From Chthoniobacter sp. (GTDB lineage Bacteria > Verrucomicrobiota > Verrucomicrobiia > Chthoniobacterales > Chthoniobacteraceae), in the NCBI GenBank assembly GCA_037200205.1, contig JBBCHV010000028.1, positions 75,856-139,855 on the forward strand: a stretch of DNA of 64,000 bases, given 5' to 3'. This document shows, piece by piece, positions 54,245-64,000 of the stretch. The position numbers and the translations under genes are program-made. The notes under the pieces are model-generated. The model was not told where the DNA came from. It did not search any database and saw nothing but the letters and a program-made list of their open reading frames with translations. Each line of letters begins with the position of its first letter. Position 1 is the stretch's first letter.

Positions 54245-54772
54245 ATGAAACGCTTCGCCCTCCTCGCCCTTTGCCTCCTCGGCGCCATCACGCTGCGGGC
54301 CGATGATCCGGCCACCTTTCCGGTGGGCGGCCTGACTTTCAAGCGGCCGGCGGATTGGGCGTGGGTGCCGGTGAGCTCGCCCATGCGCAAGGCGCAACTC
54401 AAAGTGCCCGGGACCAAGCCCAACGAAGCCGCCGAGATCACCTTCTTCCACTTCGGCCCCGATGGCGGCGGCGACATTCAGTCGAATGCCCAGCGCTGGG
54501 TGAGCCAGTTCCGCGGGAATGAGAACGCCGCCAAGATCGAGGAGCAGGAAATCGGCGGGGCGAAGGTCACGCTCGTCTCCACCGAAGGCACCTACAGCAG
54601 CGGCATGCCCGGCGGCCCCACGACCACGCTCGAAAATTACGCCCTGCTCGGCGCCATCATCGAACATCCCGAGGGCAACGTCTTCGTGAAGATGACCGGC
54701 CCCGCTCCGCTGGTGAAGGATTCCCGCAAAAAGTTTCTCGATTTCCTGGCCACGGCCTTTCCGGCCAAGTAA
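54245..54772 (+). CDS. Secreted hypothetical protein
   Basis: Signal peptide; SPMRKAQ, GGDIQSNAQRW, FVKMTGP. Confidence 0.75.
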   Translation: MKRFALLALCLLGAITLRADDPATFPVGGLTFKRPADWAWVPVSSPMRKAQLKVPGTKPNEAAEITFFHFGPDGGGDIQSNAQRWVSQFRGNENAAKIEEQEIGGAKVTLVSTEGTYSSGMPGGPTTTLENYALLGAIIEHPEGNVFVKMTGPAPLVKDSRKKFLDFLATAFPAK

Positions 54773-54808
54773 GCCGCCGTGCCCTATCGTCCGCCGCATC
54801 GCCATCCC

Positions 54809-55174
54809 ATGAATTACTACGTCACTTCGTTCATCAGCATTGTCCATTTCATTAGCGACGACCTGATCCAATGCGATGCGACGACCCGTATCGTGGAACT
54901 CTTCGGCGACGAATTCGACGACCTCGATTTCGAACTCGCGCTCTGCTGCTTCGAGGCCACGCACAAGGTCGCCTTTGCCGACCGGCTGTGGGAAACCGAT
55001 GCGGAGGACTACGAGGAGATGACCATCGAGGAATTCCTCGAGGCTTTCGTCGATGCCCGCGAGCAACGCGACCCCCTCTTCGTCACCAAGCGGTTCCTCA
55101 TGTTCCAGGAGTCACTGACCAAGGCCCTGACTGAAGAGGCCGAGGGCGAGGGCGATCAATCCGAGGATTACTAG
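54809..55174 (+). CDS. Acidic hypothetical protein with carrier-protein-like spacing
   Basis: Very Asp/Glu-rich; FDDLDFELAL..FE...VAF.D...MTIEEF. Confidence 0.65.
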   Translation: MNYYVTSFISIVHFISDDLIQCDATTRIVELFGDEFDDLDFELALCCFEATHKVAFADRLWETDAEDYEEMTIEEFLEAFVDAREQRDPLFVTKRFLMFQESLTKALTEEAEGEGDQSEDY

Positions 55175-56378
55175 GCGTATTCTCCGAGGCCTGCTGGCGC
55201 AGCAGGCGGCCGTGGTAGAAGTCGTCCAGAGCCCGGTCCATATAGATCCAGCCCTTCGCGCTGGGATGCCCATAATGATCCGCGAAGAACTGCGGGTCTT
55301 CACCGAGTTCCGCGAAATCCACCACCGGCACATGGTAGCGTTGCGCGAAGGCGCGCAGCCGCCACGCATAGGCATCGATGCACTGCGGGGAGAGGCCCAT
55401 GCGTTCGAAATGCGCGTACTCGAGCGGCATGCTCAGCACGAGCGGATCGAGCCCGAGCTCCCGCACCGCGCGCAAGAGCAGTTCCAGGTCGCCCCACTCG
55501 TAGGAACGTTGCAGCGCCTGGAGAAAGGCGCCGTCGCTCGCAAACTGGCGCAAGCGCGGATCGGGCACGTCCTCCGGCAAAGGCTCCCACTGGGCCTGCG
55601 AGGCCGCCAGCAGCGCCTCCCAATCGAGCGGCGTCTCCTGCCGATCGTGCGTATGCCAGCGCCGGCGCTCGCGTTCCAATTGATCGATCACCTCGAAATG
55701 ATCCTGCAGCCGGAATACCATGTTTTGCAGGCGGCCCAGCGGCACGCTGGCGAAGTAGAGCAACCGGTCCCGCAAGCGATCGCTGGCCAGCCCGCGCACG
55801 GCCACGGCGAGCAGCGGCGACTTATCGAACACCTCGGGATAGCGCAGCATTCGCCCGGCGATGGCGTGTTTGAGCCGGAGGCTCAGCGGGGCACTGAAGA
55901 AGAGTTCGCTGGCCTGCATGGTGGAGAAGTTGCCGCCGAAGCCGGAGTGATTCGCCCCCTTGGCCAGGAACCAACTTGGAGAAACGCTGATCACCACTTT
56001 GCGTCCGCGCGCCGCCGTGCCGGAGGAGGCGACCTTTTCGAGCAGGATCAGCGAGGTGCAGCTCTCGCGGCCGACCGGTGAAACGGCAAAACCACTGGGG
56101 TACTTCGCGAAGAACTGGCTGGCCTTGGTGGGCGCTCTCTTGATCAGTTCCGAGCTGCCATAAAGCGGCAACACATCGGGATGCGCGAAGGTCTCTTGCT
56201 GCCACACGACCCCCAGATCTTTCACCGGCGAATTCTCCGCCGCCACAGTGTGAATTTCCCGCCGCTCCCGACTCTGCGCGTGAAACAGCTCCACGGCCGC
56301 AGCCAGCGCGGCCAGCGCCAGGGCCAGGACCGCTGCCCGGAGATGCAGTCTCGCCGGCAAAGGATCAGGGGAATTCAT
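55098..56378 (-). CDS. dltD: DltD-like D-alanyl transfer protein; true stop probably near 55171
   Basis: N-terminal TM, LPLYGSSEL, KVVISVSPSWF, GNFS, EWGDLELLL, DHYGHPSAKGW (SGNH-like Ser...D..H). Confidence 0.82.
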   Translation of the reverse strand: MNSPDPLPARLHLRAAVLALALAALAAAVELFHAQSRERREIHTVAAENSPVKDLGVVWQQETFAHPDVLPLYGSSELIKRAPTKASQFFAKYPSGFAVSPVGRESCTSLILLEKVASSGTAARGRKVVISVSPSWFLAKGANHSGFGGNFSTMQASELFFSAPLSLRLKHAIAGRMLRYPEVFDKSPLLAVAVRGLASDRLRDRLLYFASVPLGRLQNMVFRLQDHFEVIDQLERERRRWHTHDRQETPLDWEALLAASQAQWEPLPEDVPDPRLRQFASDGAFLQALQRSYEWGDLELLLRAVRELGLDPLVLSMPLEYAHFERMGLSPQCIDAYAWRLRAFAQRYHVPVVDFAELGEDPQFFADHYGHPSAKGWIYMDRALDDFYHGRLLRQQASENTPSNPRIDRPRPRPLQSGPWSVTPGT

Positions 56379-56495
56379 TCCGTGCAAAATTGCGCGGAAA
56401 TGCCGCGTTGCAATCCGATTTCATTTCGCATCAAAAGCAACGGCTGATGCCTTTTGCGAGGCACCGGCCGCCCCAACCAAGGAAAGGTTTCGCGC

Positions 56496-57944
56496 TCAGG
56501 GCGGCGACGGGAGACGCGGGTTCAGGATCACGAAGGCGCGGCGCCCCTGGCGCTCGACATTGAGCAGCACGCCTTTGTTTCCCTTTGTCACGAGGCCGGT
56601 GGCGATGGCCGAGACGCAGCCCGCGGCGTCGTTCACCGGCTTGCTCTCGACCTCGGTGATGACGTCATCGACAAAAATCTCGGCGTGCGCGGCCGGGCTG
56701 CCGGCGGCCACACTCACCACCTGCGCCCCGGTGGGTTTTCCATCGCGCAGCTTCAACCCCAGCGTCTCCGCCTTCGCGACCGGCGTTTCCTTGGCCGGTG
56801 CGACGTTGGCCACTTTGGTCACTTCGATGGGCAACTCGCCCGTGGCGACGGCAATCTGGATCGTCGTGCCGGCCCGCCACACTGTGAGATTCACCGGTTG
56901 CCCGATCTTTTTCTTCAGGATCAGACGCTGCAAATCGTGCGCCGAAGACACCTTCACCCCATCCACGTCGGTGATGACATCCGCCGGCCGCAGTTCGCTC
57001 TTGTAAGCCGGCGCATCGGCTTCCACGGTCAGCACCACCACGCCCTGCTGCACACCGGCGAGATGCGCGCGCAACGAACTGTCGTCGGCCAGCGTCTCGA
57101 TGCGAATCCCGAGCCACGGCCGCTGCACTTTGCCCGTGGCGATCAGTTGCTGTCCCACGTCCTGCAACATGGTCGCCGGGATGGCGAAGGCCAGGCCGTG
57201 CCCGAGCCCATTGATCAGCGTATTCATCCCCACGATCTTCCCTTCCACGTCGAAGAGCGGTCCGCCGCTGTTGCCGGGATTGATGAAGGCATCGGTCTGG
57301 ATGTAGTCCTCGTAGAGGATCGTCGTCGACGTCGGCCCGAGCAGGTTCGTGCGGTTCTTCCCGCTCACCCAGCCGACCGTGAAGCTATAGTCCTGGCTGA
57401 ACGGGACGCCAATCGCGCACACCATCTGCCCCACGCGCAACTTGTCGCTGTCTCCCCATTCCACGGTCGGCAGATCCTTCGCCTCGATCTTCAAAATGGC
57501 GATGTCCGTGCGGTCGTCCGTGCCGATGAACTTCGCCGGAAAGCTCCGTCCGTCCTTCAGCCGCACCGTGAGCTTTTCCGCATCCACGACCACATGATGA
57601 TTCGTGAGGATGTATCCATCGTTCCGCACGATGAAGCCCGAGCCTTCGCTGCGCGTCGGCGGCCCCGGCACTTTCGGCGCGTCGCGTTGGCCGGGGCGGC
57701 CCTCGTCCAGGAAAAACTCAAAGCCGCGCGGGACTTCGTCATCGTCGTCCATCGCCCGCTTGGTGGCATCGATGACCACCACGGCCGGCGCCACCTTTTC
57801 ATAAACCTGCACAAAGCCTTCATCGATCGCCTTCAACAGCCCGAGCGCCGCCGCGCCCTTTTCCTTGTCACCCTCCGCGGCCGACAGTCCCGCCAGCGGC
57901 AGCACCGCGAGGGCGAGGAGCACGACTGGGATTCGGAAATGCAT
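56496..57944 (-). CDS. HtrA/DegP serine protease with two PDZ domains
   Basis: GSGFI, TNHHV, DIAILK, QTDAFINPGNSGGPL. Confidence 0.93.
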   Translation of the reverse strand: MHFRIPVVLLALAVLPLAGLSAAEGDKEKGAAALGLLKAIDEGFVQVYEKVAPAVVVIDATKRAMDDDDEVPRGFEFFLDEGRPGQRDAPKVPGPPTRSEGSGFIVRNDGYILTNHHVVVDAEKLTVRLKDGRSFPAKFIGTDDRTDIAILKIEAKDLPTVEWGDSDKLRVGQMVCAIGVPFSQDYSFTVGWVSGKNRTNLLGPTSTTILYEDYIQTDAFINPGNSGGPLFDVEGKIVGMNTLINGLGHGLAFAIPATMLQDVGQQLIATGKVQRPWLGIRIETLADDSSLRAHLAGVQQGVVVLTVEADAPAYKSELRPADVITDVDGVKVSSAHDLQRLILKKKIGQPVNLTVWRAGTTIQIAVATGELPIEVTKVANVAPAKETPVAKAETLGLKLRDGKPTGAQVVSVAAGSPAAHAEIFVDDVITEVESKPVNDAAGCVSAIATGLVTKGNKGVLLNVERQGRRAFVILNPRLPSPP

Positions 57945-58078
57945 GGCGGAAGGGATCATTTCGACACGCCACCCCGGTGGCCGTTCAAAAGCATCCGGGG
58001 AGAATAGCCGAAGAGCGGGACGATGGCGAGCGGACGTTGACCTGGCCCCGCACCGCTCGTACCTTTGTCCCCCACCAC

Positions 58079-59248
58079 ATGGCCGGACTCATCATCAAAC
58101 CTCGCTCCCGCATCCTCCACGGCCACGACTGGGTCTATACCAGCGAAGTGCTCAAGGCCTTCGGGCAACCCGCCAATGGCGACGTCGTCTCGCTCAAGGA
58201 TGGGCAGGACCGGTTGCTCGGCTCCGCCATTTACAATGCGCAGTCGCAGATCATCGCCCGGCGCTTTTCGCGGCAGCGGCAGGATCTCGACCTCGAATTC
58301 TTCCAGCGCCGCCTGAAACAGGCCGTGGAATATCGCGAACGGCGGAAAGTGGACCCGCGCCTTTGCCGGCTGGTGTGGAGCGAGAGCGACGGGCTGCCCG
58401 GCGTGATCGTCGATCGTTACGGCGATCATCTCGTGGTGCAGACGCTCACCCTGGCCATGGACCAGCGGAAGGCGATCCTCACCGAAGCATTGCAAGCGCT
58501 GCTCTCGCCCAAATCCATCATCGAGCGCAACGATGCGCCGATCCGCAAAGCCGAGGGCCTCGAGCTGCGCACCGGCGTGCTGGCGGGTGAAGCGCCCGGC
58601 CCTTTTGAGATCGTCGTCGATGGCATCACTTTCGAGGTCGATCTGCTTCAGGGGCAAAAGACCGGCTTCTATCTGGACCAATTGCCGAACTACACCGCCG
58701 TGGCCACCCATGCAAAGGGGCGCAAGGTGCTCGATTGCTTTGCCAACCAGGGCGCCTTTGCCCTGGCCTGCGCCAAGGCCGGGGCGAGCGAGGTGCAAGC
58801 CATCGAAATCAGCATCGAGTGCGTGGAACTCGTGAAGCGCAACGCCGCGCGCAACAGCCTGAAGGTCGAAGCGTACGCTGCCAATGTTTTCGATCTGCTC
58901 AACGACCTGGAACGCCAGCAGGCGCGTTACGACCTCATCATCCTCGACCCGCCGTCCTTCACCAAGAGCAAGGGCAAGCTCGGCGACGCGATGCGCGGTT
59001 ACAAGGAGATCCACCTGCGCGCCCTCAAGCTGCTCCATCCCGACGGCCTGCTCGCCACCTTCTGCTGCTCGCACCACGTGAGCCGGGAGATCTTCATGGA
59101 CGTGATCAACGAAGCCGCCGTCGACGCAAAGAAGACCCTGCGCCAGCTCGAAACCTACACGCAAGGCGCCGACCACCCGATCATCACCACCCTCCCCGAG
59201 ACCGAGTACCTCAAGGGCTGGCTCTTCGAACTGGCCCCGGGGCGGTAA
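58079..59248 (+). CDS. rlmI: RlmI-like class I SAM rRNA methyltransferase
   Basis: PUA domain GHDWVY, SESDGLPG, GQKTGFYLDQ, LDPPSF, DHP, ETEYLK. Confidence 0.85.
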   Translation: MAGLIIKPRSRILHGHDWVYTSEVLKAFGQPANGDVVSLKDGQDRLLGSAIYNAQSQIIARRFSRQRQDLDLEFFQRRLKQAVEYRERRKVDPRLCRLVWSESDGLPGVIVDRYGDHLVVQTLTLAMDQRKAILTEALQALLSPKSIIERNDAPIRKAEGLELRTGVLAGEAPGPFEIVVDGITFEVDLLQGQKTGFYLDQLPNYTAVATHAKGRKVLDCFANQGAFALACAKAGASEVQAIEISIECVELVKRNAARNSLKVEAYAANVFDLLNDLERQQARYDLIILDPPSFTKSKGKLGDAMRGYKEIHLRALKLLHPDGLLATFCCSHHVSREIFMDVINEAAVDAKKTLRQLETYTQGADHPIITTLPETEYLKGWLFELAPGR

Positions 59249-59272
59249 GGGCTCAGTGACTCTGAGTTGGTT

Positions 59273-59390
59273 CGGCGGACAGGAATGTCCGCGCTCCGTT
59301 CCAGCATCTCCTTCGACGTTGAATCCCCGCGACGCTTTTCGCATTCACGCGTCGAGTCAGTAACGGAGTGCGGACATTCCTGTCCGCTGC
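59273..59390. repeat. REP-doublet element, family C copy 2 (inverted relative to copy 1)
   Basis: GCGGACAGGAATGTCCGCGCTCC...GGAGTGCGGACATTCCTGTCCGC. Confidence 0.85.
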
Positions 59391-59476
59391 CTGTGAAAAA
59401 AGCCCCATCCCTGTCGTTGCTGGTGTGGGCAGGGTATCCCTGCACTCCATTTCCGCGACAGGAGCGCTATTGAACT

Positions 59477-60004
59477 TCAATCGTCCACGGTCCGCTGGAG
59501 GAGATTGAAGGCCGCCACGGTCTTGCCATCCTCCAATAGCGCCATGGCGTGACGAATCCGCGCTTTCAATTCGGCGACCTCCTCGGAGTCTTTCTCTTTC
59601 ACGCCCCGCGGGAAGGGAACGACCTTGGGAGAAGTGGGCGGCTTTTCCTTCTTGGCCGATGCACGTCGCGGTCGCTGGGATTTCGAAAGGCGCGCCGGCG
59701 GCGCCTGGTCTTTCTGCGAAACTTCGCGGGAATCCAAAAGATCGTATTGGATGCCGACGATGCCGCGACCGGCAAAAGACCGTAAGGATTTCGGGAAGAT
59801 GAGGAATTGCCGGTTTTGGCCGGCTTCAAAGCCCACGATGCCGTGATCGGCCTTCGTGCCGACGTTCTCCTGCAGCACCGTCATGACCCGATTCGTTTTC
59901 ACGGCCGCCTGCAACACGCGGTCCCTGGCCGGCGCGATCCAGGCCACATGGACTTCCGGCTGGCCGCATTTGGCCACCACTTGGGAAAACCGCGCAGTCT
60001 TCAT
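59477..60004 (-). CDS. Hypothetical protein
   Basis: 175-aa ORF: globular N-terminus, basic linker, helical C-terminus. Confidence 0.7.
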   Translation of the reverse strand: MKTARFSQVVAKCGQPEVHVAWIAPARDRVLQAAVKTNRVMTVLQENVGTKADHGIVGFEAGQNRQFLIFPKSLRSFAGRGIVGIQYDLLDSREVSQKDQAPPARLSKSQRPRRASAKKEKPPTSPKVVPFPRGVKEKDSEEVAELKARIRHAMALLEDGKTVAAFNLLQRTVDD

Positions 60005-60155
60005 GTCCTCTTATCGCAAGTGCAGGTTCTTTCGGTTTGCCCGCCAAACGGCGGCGTCCACACGTTCCCATTGCGGCGAATCGATGGTGTGCCCGCGTTA
60101 CTGACAATTTACATTGGCTGGGCCCGAGAGGATTCCTGTCGCCCCCCTCGTAGGT

Positions 60156-62687
60156 ATGCCTTCCCATAATTCTTCCACCCCGCGCTTAAACAGAGATTCC
60201 TTGGTGCGCGTGCGGGGAGCGCGCGAACACAATCTCAAGAACGTCGACGTCGACATTCCACGGGATGCCCTGGTCGTTTTCACCGGCATCTCCGGTTCCG
60301 GCAAATCCTCCCTCGCCTTCGGCACCCTGTACGCCGAAGCGCAACGACGTTACCTGGAATCCGTCGCACCTTACGCCCGCCGGCTTTTTCATCAGATGGG
60401 CGTGCCCGAGGTGGATGAGATCGATGGCCTGCCCCCGGCGGTCGCTCTGCAACAGCAGCGCGGCTCGCCGACCACCCGGTCCTCGGTCGGCAGCGTCACG
60501 ACGCTCTCCAACTTGCTGCGCATGCTCTATTCGCGCGCCGGAAACTATCCGCCCGGCCAGGCCCTGCTCTACGCGGAATCCTTTTCCGCGAATACGCCGG
60601 AGGGCGCCTGCCCGCGCTGCCAGGGACTCGGCCGGATCTATGACGTGACGGAGCAATCGATGGTGCCCGATGACTCGCTCAGCATCCGCCAGCGGGCGAT
60701 CGCCGCCTGGCCACCGGCCTGGCATGGCCAGAATCTGCGCGATATCGTGACGACCCTCGGCCATGACATCGACACGCCCTGGCGGGAGCTGCCGAAGAAA
60801 ACACGCGACTGGCTGCTCTTCACCGACGAACAGCCGGTCGTGCCCGTCTACCCCGGCTGGGATCGCGAGGAGGTTCGGTGCGCCATCAAGCGGAAGGAAC
60901 CGCCGAGCTACATGGGCACCTTCACCGGGGCGCGGCGCTACGTCCTGGAAACCTTTGCCAGGACCGAAAGCGCCTCCATGAAGAAGCGCGTCGCGCGCTA
61001 CATGACCAGCACGGAATGTCCGCTGTGCGGCGGCAAGCGCCTCCGCAAGGAAGCACTCTCCGTCACTTTCGCCGGGCGGGACATCGCGACTATTTCCGGG
61101 CTGCCGTTGCGGCGTCTTGCCGACATCGTGCATCCTTACGCCCAAGCCACGGCCCCCGGCTGGAAGGAGTTGGTCGCGAAGCATCCGGAAAAAGCGGTCG
61201 TTACCCAGCGGATCGCGGAGGACCTGGCCGCGCGCATCGGCGTGCTGCTCGATTTGGGGCTGGGGTATCTCGCGCTCGACCGCAGCACCCCGACCCTCTC
61301 CCCAGGGGAACTCCAGCGCCTGCGGCTCGGCACGCAGGTGCGATCGAATCTCTTCGGCGTGGTCTACGTTCTCGATGAACCTTCCGCCGGACTGCATCCC
61401 GCGGACACCGAGGCGCTGCTCGCTGCCCTCGATAAATTGAAGGCTTCGGGGAACTCGCTGTTCGTCGTCGAACATGAGCTGGACGTCATTTGCCGGGCGG
61501 ACTGGATTGTCGACGTGGGCCCCGGCGCCGGCGTGAACGGCGGCGAGATCTTATATAGCGGACCCCTCGCCGGGCTCGAGAAAGTCACGGCCTCGCAAAC
61601 TGCGCGGCACCTCTTCGACCAGCACCCGTCCACCATCCGGAAGCCGCGAAAACCACAGGGCTGGCTGCGTTTGAGCGGGGTCACCCGCAACAATCTGCAT
61701 CAACTCGACGCCGCCTTTCCGCTGGGAGTGTTCACGACGGTGACAGGCGTTTCCGGCTCCGGGAAGTCGAGTCTCATCAGCCAGGCGCTGGTCGAGCTCG
61801 TGGCGAAAAGTCTCGGCCACGAGGCGCCCGTGGACGACGAGGAGCAAGACCAACTGGAACCGGTCACGCATGCGACGACCAATGGCGAGATTACGGCGGG
61901 CCTCGAGTCGATCAAACGCCTCGTGCGCGTGGACCAGAAGGCCATCGGACGAACGCCCCGATCGAACCTCGCCACCTACACCGGCTTGTTCGACCACATC
62001 CGCCGGCTTTTCGCCACGACCCGGGCGGCGCGCAGCCGGCACTACGATGCGGGACGCTTTTCCTTCAATGTGGCGAAGGGCCGCTGCGAGACATGCGAGG
62101 GCGAAGGCTTCGTGTTCGTCGAACTGCTCTTTCTTCCGAGCGTCTATTCTCCGTGTCCCACCTGCCATGGATCGCGCTACAATGCGAAGACGCTGGAGAT
62201 TGACTATCGGGGGAAGAATATTGCCGACGTGTTGGGCATGACCGTGGATGCGGCCAGTGAATTCTTCGCCGCGGAATCCCAAGTCAGGCCCTATCTGGAC
62301 GCACTGCGCCAGGTGGGCCTGGGGTATTTGCGGCTGGGGCAACCGGCGACGGAACTTTCCGGCGGCGAAGCGCAGCGCATCAAGCTCGCCACCGAACTGC
62401 AACGGATCGGCCGCGGCAATACGCTCTACATTCTTGATGAGCCGACGACCGGCTTGCATCCGGCGGACGTGGAAAAGCTCATGGTGCAGCTCGAGAGCCT
62501 GGTGGAAGCCGGGAACACGGTCATCGTGGTGGAGCATGACATGCACGTCGCGGCGATGAGCGATTGGATCATCGACCTGGGACCGGGCGCGGGCGAGGAC
62601 GGCGGCCGCATCGTCGTCGCCGGCCCGCCGGAAAAAGTGGCCAGGTCGAAGGAAAGCAGGACGGCCGTCTATATGCGGCGGGGATGA
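60156..62687 (+). CDS. uvrA: UvrA-family ABC ATPase, short paralogue (UvrA2/DrrC-like)
   Basis: [40 protein letters not shown], Zn-finger CxxC pairs; about 843 aa. Confidence 0.9.
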   Translation: MPSHNSSTPRLNRDSLVRVRGAREHNLKNVDVDIPRDALVVFTGISGSGKSSLAFGTLYAEAQRRYLESVAPYARRLFHQMGVPEVDEIDGLPPAVALQQQRGSPTTRSSVGSVTTLSNLLRMLYSRAGNYPPGQALLYAESFSANTPEGACPRCQGLGRIYDVTEQSMVPDDSLSIRQRAIAAWPPAWHGQNLRDIVTTLGHDIDTPWRELPKKTRDWLLFTDEQPVVPVYPGWDREEVRCAIKRKEPPSYMGTFTGARRYVLETFARTESASMKKRVARYMTSTECPLCGGKRLRKEALSVTFAGRDIATISGLPLRRLADIVHPYAQATAPGWKELVAKHPEKAVVTQRIAEDLAARIGVLLDLGLGYLALDRSTPTLSPGELQRLRLGTQVRSNLFGVVYVLDEPSAGLHPADTEALLAALDKLKASGNSLFVVEHELDVICRADWIVDVGPGAGVNGGEILYSGPLAGLEKVTASQTARHLFDQHPSTIRKPRKPQGWLRLSGVTRNNLHQLDAAFPLGVFTTVTGVSGSGKSSLISQALVELVAKSLGHEAPVDDEEQDQLEPVTHATTNGEITAGLESIKRLVRVDQKAIGRTPRSNLATYTGLFDHIRRLFATTRAARSRHYDAGRFSFNVAKGRCETCEGEGFVFVELLFLPSVYSPCPTCHGSRYNAKTLEIDYRGKNIADVLGMTVDAASEFFAAESQVRPYLDALRQVGLGYLRLGQPATELSGGEAQRIKLATELQRIGRGNTLYILDEPTTGLHPADVEKLMVQLESLVEAGNTVIVVEHDMHVAAMSDWIIDLGPGAGEDGGRIVVAGPPEKVARSKESRTAVYMRRG

Positions 62688-62785
62688 GATCTTTCCGCGC
62701 TCGGAGTCTGCACCCTGCCATTCCGCTATTGTAACGGGGCGCCTTGCGGTTCGTATGGTGCCAACGCCCTTGACCTGGGCTCTCC

Positions 62786-63112
62786 TTGGCTCTATCGAAG
62801 CGCCTCTTGAATTTCCTGCGTTCCACTCTGCTGATCGCCATCGTGTCGCTCTTCGTGCTCACGGGATACGCTCATGTCGTGGCGGATCGCTGCTGCGCGC
62901 ATGAGCAGCAGGAGCAGAGCCCGTCGGGAAAATCACTTCCCGCGGACGACCAGGGCTGCCACTGCCTCTGCCATCAGATCTTCTCGAATGTCTCTGCGTC
63001 GCCGGTGCGGTTGCCGGTTCTGAGTGTGGCGGTATGGGCGGTGCGGATTCCGGGGGAGTTTCCGCCGGATACGGAGCCGCAAGGCATCGACTATCCTCCT
63101 CAGCTCGCTTAA
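62786..63112 (+). CDS. Small Cys/His-rich exported protein (CzcI-like) upstream of an efflux gene
   Basis: TM segment, CCAH, CHCLCH, terminal IDYPPQL. Confidence 0.65.
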   Translation: MALSKRLLNFLRSTLLIAIVSLFVLTGYAHVVADRCCAHEQQEQSPSGKSLPADDQGCHCLCHQIFSNVSASPVRLPVLSVAVWAVRIPGEFPPDTEPQGIDYPPQLA

Positions 63113-63250
63113 CGGCTGACGCGCATCGTCGCGCCCGGATGGCGTGACGATTGTTTCCGGCGTTGGCTCCTCTCTCGCTGCGCGGCGTTCGCCGCGGGCC
63201 TCTCTCCGCGTATTCGCGCGGTCGCATCTCACCCACCACCACCCTTTTCC

Positions 63251-64000
63251 ATGATCCCAAAATCCGTCTTCATTTTCATCTTCTGCGCCGCCGCGCTGAC
63301 GCCGGCCCGAGCCGCCGAGCCCACCGGGAAATCCCGAATGAGCCTGGCGGAGGCCGTCTCCACGGCGCTGCGCAACAATCCCGAACTGCGCGTCTTCGAA
63401 GCGCAAATCGGGGGAGCGAAAGGCGCTGTCACCACGGCACGCACTTGGGACAATCCCGATTTGCTTCTTGCCCCCGGTTCGAGAGTCACGCGCGAAGATG
63501 GGCGGCGCGAGACCGTCTTTCACGGCTGTTTCGAGCTCAACCAGACGTTCAAATTTCCGGGCAAACGCCAGCTCGAGATCGCCATCGCGCAACGCCACGT
63601 AGAGTTGCGGGAACTGGCTCTCGAAGGCTTCCGCTTCCAGCTCGCCGCCCGGGTGCGAAAAGCATTTTACCAGATGCTTGCGGCCGGGCAGGTGATCGAT
63701 CTGCGCACCGAGCAGGTCGAGTCCGCCAAAGTTTTCGTCGCGTCAGCGCAGAAGCGCGCGGAGAGCGGCTACGCTTCGGATTTCGAGACGCTGAAAAGCC
63801 AGGCCGATCTCATCGCGGCGACCAAGGCACTGCAACAGGCACAGGGCGAAGTCATCACGGCGCGCGTGACCTTGAACGCGCTGATGGACCGCAACCCCTC
63901 GGCGCCCCTGGAAATCTCCGGTTCCCTGGAAAATCTCACCCCGCCGGGCACGACGCGGGATTACGTGGCCCTGGCCATGGCGCGCAACCCCAGCCTGCGG
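63251..64000 (+). CDS. TolC/CzcC-like outer membrane efflux protein, runs off the window
   Basis: MIPKSVFIF signal peptide, AVSTALRNNPEL, NP..., QTFKFPGKR; no stop seen before the end. Confidence 0.85.
   Translation, partial: MIPKSVFIFIFCAAALTPARAAEPTGKSRMSLAEAVSTALRNNPELRVFEAQIGGAKGAVTTARTWDNPDLLLAPGSRVTREDGRRETVFHGCFELNQTFKFPGKRQLEIAIAQRHVELRELALEGFRFQLAARVRKAFYQMLAAGQVIDLRTEQVESAKVFVASAQKRAESGYASDFETLKSQADLIAATKALQQAQGEVITARVTLNALMDRNPSAPLEISGSLENLTPPGTTRDYVALAMARNPSLR

Overview
GC-rich bacterial chromosomal window. Gene content and style (sulfatase, ThuA, CE15 esterase, NIPSNAP, many secreted hypothetical proteins) suggest Verrucomicrobiota, possibly Chthoniobacterales; this is inference, not a database result. 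Many conserved genes are broken by single-base indels, most simply read as uncorrected long-read errors rather than true pseudogenes. Recognisable genes: an ABC-F ATPase, hflK/hflC, rpmI-rplT, tRNA-Ser(GCT), an ECF sigma/anti-sigma operon, an FbpB-type permease, a MarR-TolC-YfiH-methyltransferase operon, RsmH-like, ldhA, HtrA, RlmI-like, a UvrA paralogue and the start of a CzcC-like efflux gene. An IS pile-up (ISL3, IS110 fragment, IS1380-like, two head-to-head IS1182) fills about 28.7-36.1 kb, and an intact IS701 sits at 39.4-40.7 kb. The best leads are: (i) a non-flagellar FlhG/MinD + ExeA-type ATPase + micro-ORF operon facing two zinc-ribbon genes; (ii) a membrane-anchored TIR protein with Gln at the expected catalytic Glu; (iii) an orphan DltD in a diderm, convergent with a Ser-less carrier-protein-like ORF; (iv) three families of palindromic MITE/REPIN-like elements, one with its core flipped relative to its flanks; (v) inverted short-period (6/7/9/10 bp) tandem arrays in intergenic DNA. 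No CRISPR array, rRNA or prophage was seen.
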